Shown here: in pieces, positions 55,321 through 64,000 of the stretch
How positions within the stretch are numbered: the first letter of the stretch is position 1
Layout: each line of letters starts with the position of its first letter
NCBI RefSeq assembly: GCF_964355755.1
Contig: NC_092675.1
Span: 3,529,812-3,593,811, forward strand
Length of the DNA: 64,000 nucleotides
Direction: 5' to 3'
Source: Antedon mediterranea
Lineage: Eukaryota > Animalia > Echinodermata
Notes under the pieces: generated by a model
Databases searched by the model: none
Told to the model about the DNA's origin: nothing
The model's input: the letters and a program-made list of their open reading frames with translations, nothing else
Translations under genes and position numbers: made by a program

Positions 55321-55783
55321 TGTTGTTGTTGGCTCTTTAAACATGAACATAATAATATAATAATATAACATCGTAATTTTTTTTTTTAAGTTCTTTGGTT
55401 TTTAACTTTAGTGAGAGTTGAGTGTTTCTCTCTCGTTTCTCTTATCATGTTCAGCCCATGGATTACATAATGCTATGAGCCCATGGGGTAGGCCTATATT
55501 TACCCTAGGTCTAACCAAGTCTCTGACCATCGGCTGACGTCCTACCCTGTTCTCATTCAAATACGACTTCTGCAGTTATGTTTAAAGGTATATATTGCAT
55601 TAAAATGTGTAGGCGACTCTGCATTATAGATAAACATCCTGCGTGGGGATTAACTGCTCCAGAAAAACATAAAAGTAAATGATAATAGCAGAACAATAAA
55701 GTCTGTTTAGAACAATTCGTTCTTTGTTTGCTTAAATATTAATATTCTGATTTTTTTTATTTTGTAGGTGGTCTACTAAAACT

Positions 55784-58700
55784 ATGAGAAAAAACACAAA
55801 CAACAGTTTATTAATGGAATTACTAGCGGTATCAATAATCATTCTAACAGCAGGGGTAGGATCGTCATCATCAAGTACAGATACACGATTGGTTAGTCTG
55901 AAAGTTCTTAAGCTCTGTATTTCATCCTTCTTAAGCTTGGTTTCCACTAGCGACGCAACGTAACGTAACGCAACCTACGCAACGTAAGAAAATGCCCTTC
56001 TAATAACGATTTTTGCAGCATTGTTGCGTCGTCGGTTCCCACTTGTAATTACGTGATACATCACTTTGCGTCAATACGTCGCTGTGTTGCGTTCTAGTGA
56101 GAACCACGCTTTATTTCAATGACTCGCCAATGTTCACTGATATCTAGATAATTCAGAGGACATTTCCACATCTGAGAACATCGCTGGAAAATTCGTGTTC
56201 TCTCAGGGCACTCGTTAGTCTGGGTTCCAGACGGGGTTTTGTTTTAATATTAGTAAAAAGGTAAATATTTTGGCACATATGGCGTTTCATACGTATACTA
56301 CTTGAGCTTTTTCAGACAAATAAAAATCGAATCAAAAACAAATAAATAAAAAAAAGACAATGAATACAGACTTGGGGCAAATCTAGGCACTCGTGTAAAA
56401 CCGCATGTTGAATTTTTTTTTAAACTTTTTTAATGCAGTAGCACTTTTGCATTTCTTTTTATTTTTTTTTTAAGGTCCTCATAATATGTTCCCAAACTAC
56501 TACATTTATTAATAGTAATGCCCTAATAACAACTGAATAAAAACTTTATATAATAATTAATAATTATAATAAATCTTATAGTTTTTGTCAGCAGTTACAT
56601 AACGATCATATTACCCATCAGTTCACATTTAGGAATTGTGTATATGATTTTGTGATTATACTGATGATACTAAGTCTAATAATGTTAACAATTGGTACCT
56701 TAATGCAGAGTTAAGTAGTCATTTGGCGTCTATGGGATGCCTGAATAGAAATGATTTAACGAATCGGAATATTTGTTAATATTAGTAATATTAGTATGTT
56801 TTAACCATTTTTTAAAATAAAATTCATCAAGTTGTTAGCAAAGGAAATTGAATCAAAGCTGATTTCTCCTTGGGTATAACTGTAGACATTTTTTTTAAAT
56901 GTTAATAAGCTCAGAAAAATAGAATGCGTGAATGTGTATTATTGATGGAATAATTATCTTAAAAGCATGATTGTTTGGTGATGGAGGCTAATTTAAATTG
57001 GATGTAGGGAAAATTTAAGAGGGATCCCTATTAGAAGGAACAATGAAAGCTAAAAATGCACAAGTATGAAAGGCGGTTGTTGATCATGGTCTAACTCTGA
57101 TACAAATACTATTGGGCGGAGGCCCATGTTCTTGTTTATAGAGCGCCCACTGTTAGCCTACACACTTATGAAAAATAATTCAGGTGTGCCGCAAATTTAC
57201 TGCGATCATCCTCAAATCCAAGAGGGCGTCCAAAATTGCCGCCATTTTATATCACAAACATATCGAGGGAGAGCCATTAACATTATCTTTCCAATAAAAT
57301 AAGAATTTTGTGTAACCATTTTTACTAGATAGCTTTTATTGAACCAAAAAGATGGATTTTTTAGCAAAATATCAACATATTTTTCGGCATCTCATAACCT
57401 CAAGAAAAACGTTAAGCTATCATAATTATTGTTTTCATATTTTCTGAAAAACTGAACTAGTATATGATAGAAATAATATGTAGATTACAAGTTTCTGTGA
57501 AAAAGCTAAAAAAAAAGTTTAACTATTATTAAGGAAATTAAGAAAGATCTGTGATAAACCGTCAGTCAATCAAAAAGCTAGTCATCCACCATAATAATTT
57601 CATTTTACCTATTAGAAACGAAGTTATTTATAATTTTGTTAAAGTTTGTTAGACAAGCGAGGGATAAAAATGTTTTTCCTCTCTACACTGTATACATTAT
57701 AATATGATTAATAATGTTGAAATGTGAATGCGTTTAAGGATTATTGATGGAATAATTGACTTCCATGCTAAAGTCACAAGTACCGGTATGTATTGATGGA
57801 AAATACCGGTACATCGGCAAATACAACTTCCCACGCACAATGTGCTGTGAAGAATAATGTCCAGTAGCAGAAGAACCCATAAAACGTTACAACAGGTCCA
57901 CACACAGATATTAATAATAATTTAGACCTATAACCAGGGAAGAGTTAAATTACATAACCATGTTACCACATGTTATAATGTAGGTCTGTGAACGCGGTTC
58001 CTTTCAACTTATGTTTCAGCGGATCTTTTTAATTTTTATATTTCTTGTTTGTAATGTAGTTTGGCTTTGGTCTTTGACTTATGCGGAATTATTAAATTTG
58101 AATCAGGAAATTATAGAATATAACATTTACGAAGTGCGTGACAATATCAATTGACATTTGTTACGTGTTTACGGCTACACTGCTTACATCAACAGCAGCA
58201 GACTTACGACTGTCAAGTGTCCTTTTTTATACGTGACTGAACTATATTAGTATTAATAAATTGCCTACATATTAACATTCACAAATTATTACGTTCTTGG
58301 GATTCCCGTTCAACAATTACTGCAGAAAATTGTCAGAAAAAACAACTTCTACATGTGGGAGTAGACCTACACATTTAGCGTATATCTAAATAACATTGTC
58401 GTTATTGTATTTTATAAGGATTCAACTCTTATCAAATCATCAAATGCCTTTATAAATAAAATCATCATATATCAATTATTGTTTAATTGATTATTAATTC
58501 TCAAAATGTCGTAATTTCCGAAGAACAGAATACAGCAGAACTCATATTAGAGGAAATACGGCTGAATAGGTGTTGTCTCTAGTGTACCGTAGTATGTACT
58601 GTGTGAGTTACTTCCCCTTATATGGGTGTCTCCTGAATAAAGGACCCAGTTTTCTACCTAATGGAAACATAATATGATATTTTTAGACAAATAATAAGAG

Positions 58701-61124
58701 CATAGAAAATGAAACCTGATTTATTTCAATATAATAATAGGAAATATAAGCTTTGATGTTTTCCTACGATGAGGTATTTGATCAACTTCGGAAATCATAA
58801 CAAGAGTAAATTGTTACGATGGAAGAATGCCAAGTTTTTGATAATGTTAGTAACATAAAAGTGCACATGACATCTTCCTATAGTGATGATGTGCGAATAG
58901 ACAAGTAATCCCGTAATAATATATCGGAATGTTGTTTGTCAGAGGGATTATTCCTACGAGCATGGAGCAACTGTCATTGCTGTATTTTAATTGGCCTAAG
59001 TATTGCTGCAAATAGTGATATCGAATCAACCTAATATTAGGCCTACATTTTCAAAATATTGATGATTTATAGGCCTACTATAATTTCGAAGATTAGTAGA
59101 TCAAACCATGGGCCGATTGCAATAAAGGTCTTAACCGCGGTCTTAGACTTAAGCCCAAGATGAAACCCTTAGCAACGATGGTCTTAGATTTAAGACCATT
59201 GCAATAAGAAGCCTTAAAATTTCAGCGCCGTGGTCGAAAATGTTAGAAACTCGGACTAGGCATGCGCACACCCCAAAGAACGTCTGGGAAAAGAGACTCT
59301 ATGTAAACATAAACATAGGATGCACGAAGACGGTAGTTATCGTCAGATGAGCGGCGTTTTTTGTAAGAAATATTTCTTGTTTAAACTACTAAAGTTGGGA
59401 TAGTAGATCCTAAATAGGTCTATAATTATTTTATATTTCCAGATTCGACGTGAGCGATCAATCACAGGGAGGTCATCATCATTCTGGGGAGAGTGGGGTC
59501 AGTGGTCAGGCTGTTCTCGGTCATGTGGGGGAGGTGTAGCGTCGCAAGTCAGGCCGTGCTTGCGACGGAGACGTTCAGGGTAAGTATAGCCTAGGCCTAA
59601 ACAGAAAAAATGACAAATACAAACAAATGCTAACGTTGATTATTGAAAATGTATTACATTTATCGAAAATGGTTAAACTATATTCAGATTTACATAAATG
59701 TACATTTGTGTCATATTTTTTTAATTGAATTTATAATAATTTATTTTTATAAAAGAACATTTTTAGAGGGCGCTATACTTTCAACATGAATAAGCACATA
59801 CTTCAACTAACATTATTGTAATACTGTATTCTTAGTTTCATGCAACAAAATCATAATATATTCAGTATATAAAAATTAAAAGGGCCCTGCCGTACGCCTC
59901 TGCATTACGTTTTTTTATTAAATTCATAAATGAAATTTGTTCTTTCGACTGTTTTTGTTGTTACAATGTTTTTCATAATTCTCAACTTTGTTAATTCTAA
60001 GCATATAAAGGTTTTGTATTTTAAATTTTTGTTTTAATCATTAAAAAAAACTATTACTTATAATGCTACCAATCTATAACAAACAAATATTAATATTTCA
60101 ATATTTGATTTATTATAGGGCAGTAGGAATGGGTCATCATTGTGTTGGCCTTTACAGGCAGTACAAGCAGTGCAATACAAAGGTATCTATATATGTTCAA
60201 ATAGTATTATACTTTTCTTTTGATTGGTTGATTTTGTATCATGTGCCATGCATTATTTTCTCCAATTTCATCAATTGAAAGTACTATTGCATAGTCATCT
60301 TTTAAAAAAATATTTTTGAGAATTGAAATAAGCGAAATAATAACAAATCTTCATTTATTTTAGCTTTGTCCAAATGGAAGCAAGGATTTTAGAACAGAGC
60401 AATGCGAATCATACAACAATGTTCCTTTTATGGGTCAACTTTATGAATGGTACGCTTTTGTAAAAGGTAAAGCGATTTGCTGTTTGATTTAACTAAAATG
60501 TAACGGTCATGCTGCTTGTCTAGCAATCCCAGGGTTCAAATCCTGTAAGATGTCAGGATTTTTTTCTCCAAAAAAATTAAACCACACCACTCACAACACA
60601 ATGCTTTGTTCATTGTCATTCTTTTGCCCAATAAAACAATCAACAAAACAGTTTCCATTATAAATAAACACAGTAACCACAATTTAAACAACACAAGTAA
60701 ACTAGTTTTGCTAAACAACAATAGCGTTACCATAACAACAATAGCGTTACCATAACAACAATAGCGTTACCATAACAACAATAGCGTTACCATAACAACA
60801 ATAGCGTTACCATAACAACAATAGCGTTACCATAACAACAATAGCGTTACCATAACAACAATAGCGTTACCATAACAACAATAGCGTTACCATAACAACA
60901 ATAGTGTTACCATAATTTTCCAAAAAGTGTTCATTATGTTATTTAATATTTAAACTATGATCTTTTGTAAATCTTTTGTAAATTATATTTCAGAACCAAT
61001 GGTTTGTGAGTTACATTGTAGGGCTAAGGGTTACCGTTTCTATGCAAAGCATTCTGATAAAGTTGTCGACGGAACAACATGCAGGCCAGGAGAGACAGAT
61101 GTGTGTGTAAATGGAATGTGTAAG
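55784..61124 (+). CDS. THSD4: THSD4/ADAMTSL4-type ADAMTS-like protein, first five coding exons (gene continues past the window)
   Basis: Exons 55784-55891 (signal peptide MRKNTNNSLLMELLAVSIIILTAGVG), 59443-59579 (TSR1 WGEWGQWSGCSRSCGGGV), 60119-60182 (CVGLYRQYKQCNTK), 60364-60466 (CPNGSKDFRTEQCESYNNVPFMGQLYEW) and 60994-61124 (CELHCRAKGYRFY..KVVDGTTC..DVCVNGMCK). Phases are compatible, there is no metalloprotease domain, and the motifs match THSD4/ADAMTSL4. Confidence 0.88.
55934..56110. mobile_element. Harbinger-type MITE family B, intact
   Basis: TIRs AGCTTGGTTTCCACTAG / CTAGTGAGAACCACGCT with TTA TSD; inverted homologue of 46478-46649 and 47718-47905. Confidence 0.8.
60714..60914. repeat. 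20-bp minisatellite AACAACAATAGCGTTACCAT, about 10 copies, intronic
   Basis: Perfect tandem copies without spacers. Confidence 0.95.
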
Positions 61125-61849
61125 GTAGGACAATCGCAATCTTTCTATAAAACACAGTTAAAAAAGGTTGCCTAAAGATTTCTTTATTCATGTTATGCAT
61201 TGTCGAGGCAAGAGCAAGCCATAGCCTAGACCATAGTATTGGTGGTAGGTAAAGACTGGAGGTAAAGACTGGAGGTCCAGTCTACACATATTATGGCTTG
61301 TGTGGACTTGAACCCAGTCCATCATTTGGAATTGTAAAGCTTACCCTGGTTTACTGGTCAATCTCAGCTTCTTTGTAGATAGACAAATGAGTGCCATTTG
61401 GCGACAACTCAAAGTAACCCTTAAGGAGTTGTATGTGTCCAGCATATATTACAATGTGCTTTGAGACACAGTTATCAATGTAGAAAAGCTCATCATAAAT
61501 ATGAATCCACTATACATATACAATCTCCACATTCGAAATAAATTATGTTGACACATATGGAACTTCAGTCAATTACTTTACAACAAATTTTATTTACAAT
61601 TTAGTAGTTTAACAGATCAGTGACTAATATAACTAAGGTAATTGAACTTTTATGTGTTTTAAACATTTCTCGCCAACTTTTTATTCAAATTGAAACCTTT
61701 TTGGATTTTTATTGTCATAAATGTCTCAGTTGCAAAGATTTGGAGACCTAGATTTTAAAAACAAAGAATTATAAACTTCAGAAATAAAAGTTTAAAAAAA
61801 AACATATTACACTGTTAATGTAATGGATTTATTTTAAAGTGGATATTAT

Positions 61850-61891
61850 CATAGAGATATTATAGACTATATACACTATAATATCTCTATG
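61850..61891. mobile_element. 42-bp miniature TIR element (P-like CATAG termini)
   Basis: CATAGAGATATTATAG / CTATAATATCTCTATG perfect inverted arms with a 10-bp spacer and a 7-bp direct repeat ATATTAT on both sides. Confidence 0.6.
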
Positions 61892-62267
61892 ATATTATGC
61901 AGCAGTGCTGCTGACTCACAGGCTTTATCAGGTGTTTTTTGTTACCAAAGTATAGTGATTTGTATACTGCCCTCTATAGTTATGTAAAAGTTTGTGAATA
62001 CCTGAGTGACTTGCTATTACTCATCACCTAAAATAGAACGGAGGGAGTTGATTGCACTTCCTGTAAGCTCAAGTTATATCACTTTGACATTTCAAGGTTT
62101 AAATAGTTGTAAATATAATACCCTTAAAGATAATATAAATCTTATATTTAACCTCTAAGCAGTCAATATCTCTTAAATATAATACCATTAATGATAATAT
62201 ATACCAAACTCAAATAAAGTGAGGAAATAGCTTGCCTAATCTTTGTCACATTTATGAATGTGCCCTA

Positions 62268-62884
62268 AGCTGTATCTACACTATCAAACTAGATGATGTG
62301 CCCATATAATGGTAGTTGTATGACATCATCATGTCCATATATGGGCAGAGCTTTAGTCTGTATTATTTTAGTAATTCTTATTATCCAACTCATAAACAGT
62401 CATTATAAAATTGTAATTGTACCCATTGATGACTTTATAGTCAGAAAAGCAGATAATAGAAAAGCCTTATACTAGCCTAGAGAATCTATGGTTTTGACAC
62501 CTCCCAAACAACATTTTTACTGCCCTTTTCTTTTCTTGCCATCCCTCTTTCATGTTTGATGTTCTGTCATAATTATTTTTTATTGATTCTTTTAAATGAA
62601 AATGCCTACAACTATCATACATCCCCTGATGATCATCATCTTTAGAAAATGTCCCTTAATCCTGTATAAAAAATGTTTAGGTTAATAGCATTGGTTTGGC
62701 ATATGTTGGATTTATTATGTCATCAACATCTTTAGTTTGGCTAAAGCTCTGCTACACTATCAAACTTTATGTGGCCAAAAATGTGATGTGCCCATATATG
62801 GACATGATGATGTCATATCACTACCATATTTGGGTACATCAAACTGTCTTTTTTTCAAACTAGTTTGATAGTGTAGACATAGCT
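62268..62884. mobile_element. Two Harbinger-type MITE family A copies (62268-62352 deleted; 62745-62884 intact, TAA TSD)
   Basis: Same TIR and internal GCCCATATATGGACATGATGATGTCATATCACTACCATATTTGGG sequence as 6282-6442. Confidence 0.75.
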
Positions 62885-64000
62885 TAAGAGATTAAAAATA
62901 AGAAAACTAACCTCAAAATACCATGCAATGTATCAAAAGATTAAGATCTTTATATTGTAGTCGGCTGATTAAGGAAAGAACCAGTAATATTTATTGAGTT
63001 CAATGTCTGAGTTACCTCAATGAATCATCTTTTTTTAATTGCCTCAATCATTTCTTATTACCAGTGTGCTGTGTGATCCAATTTAAAAGTTTATTTATTA
63101 GATTTTGTTGTATATCTTCTATGGAGAACTTGTTTTATTATTATCGCTATAATTATAATAACTTTTATTTTTAGTACCGATATAATTAATTAATTTGTTG
63201 ATATTATTAATGTGACCATGTGATCATGTTCCTTCAGTCTACTACTTTATTTTGAGAACAATTATAATTAATGTAATTTTATTGTTCATTTATATATTTA
63301 CATAAGTCAACAGGCAAAGAATACGTTTAATATTTATTAACCATCAAATGTAACCTGCTTTTCTCCAAATTTGTTTAGCCTCAACTTTCCTAAGAGTCCA
63401 TGTTTTTGATCTGCACCATTCTCCTCCCACATTTATTGTTGCATTATTTAAAGTTCACATACACACCCTCCTGTTACCTTACATCCACATTCCTTACCTT
63501 CCTCATACCCCTATTTTAATTGCTGCAAACATTTAATGTTAAAAGGTATTTTTTTTATATACACATGTGTAAAACACCATGTACAATTAGACCTATCAAT
63601 CACTAGGAAAAATGGGTTATAATTGATTGTACTCCGTCATTCAAAATTAGAACAGCAATCATTGGATATCTTCCATATTTTATGACTTATTACAATTTGA
63701 TTGACAGCTGTATTTATGATTGACAGAAAGAAGATGTCACATGGTCAAAGCTGACAATGCATTTGTATTTTTCCACCTGTTAACGATGCGGTGACAGTCT
63801 GATTAATTCAAATTATTTGGGAATTGAGTTGGAATTACGAATATTGGATGGCATATGAGTCACAACAATCGGTGTCCATCTGGGATGAACTATAAAAAAG
63901 TAAAGTTATAATTTAACTACAATAGGAAACGACTTCATCCGAATGGTTAAATTTTTTTTTTTAAGTGTTCCCCTGAAATCGCACACCTTCCTCTCTTCTT

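Noticed and set aside
61250-61505. Degenerate SINE with an L2-like tail
   Set aside because: Too decayed to define head, ends or TSD.

Overview
AT-rich eukaryotic genomic DNA from an animal, probably an invertebrate deuterostome such as an echinoderm (inference from gene and repeat content). From left to right: a highly homogeneous 50-bp tandem array (1-5684); the last two exons of a + strand CCHC zinc-knuckle gene resembling the CPSF4 C-terminus; a complete 14-exon SLC5/SGLT-type Na+/solute cotransporter on the - strand (665 aa), whose introns carry a 5S rRNA-derived SINE and a 15-bp minisatellite; an RTE LINE 3' fragment with an expanded (GAC)n tail; a complete 8-exon LRR-GPCR of the RXFP/GRL101 class that lacks an LDLa module (569 aa); a young full-length Gypsy LTR retrotransposon (831-bp LTRs, TAGA TSD, one frameshift in RT); about 21 kb without recognisable genes but rich in MITEs and LINE/SINE remnants; and the first five coding exons of a THSD4/ADAMTSL4-type gene running off the right end. 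The most notable observations are that each satellite unit reads as a complete polyadenylation signal upstream of a CPSF4-like exon, that TAGGCCTA is strongly over-represented (possible transposon excision footprints), the LDLa-less LGR-C receptor, and the altered sugar-binding residues of the SGLT. All gene models were built by eye from splice sites and frame continuity; no database searches were run.
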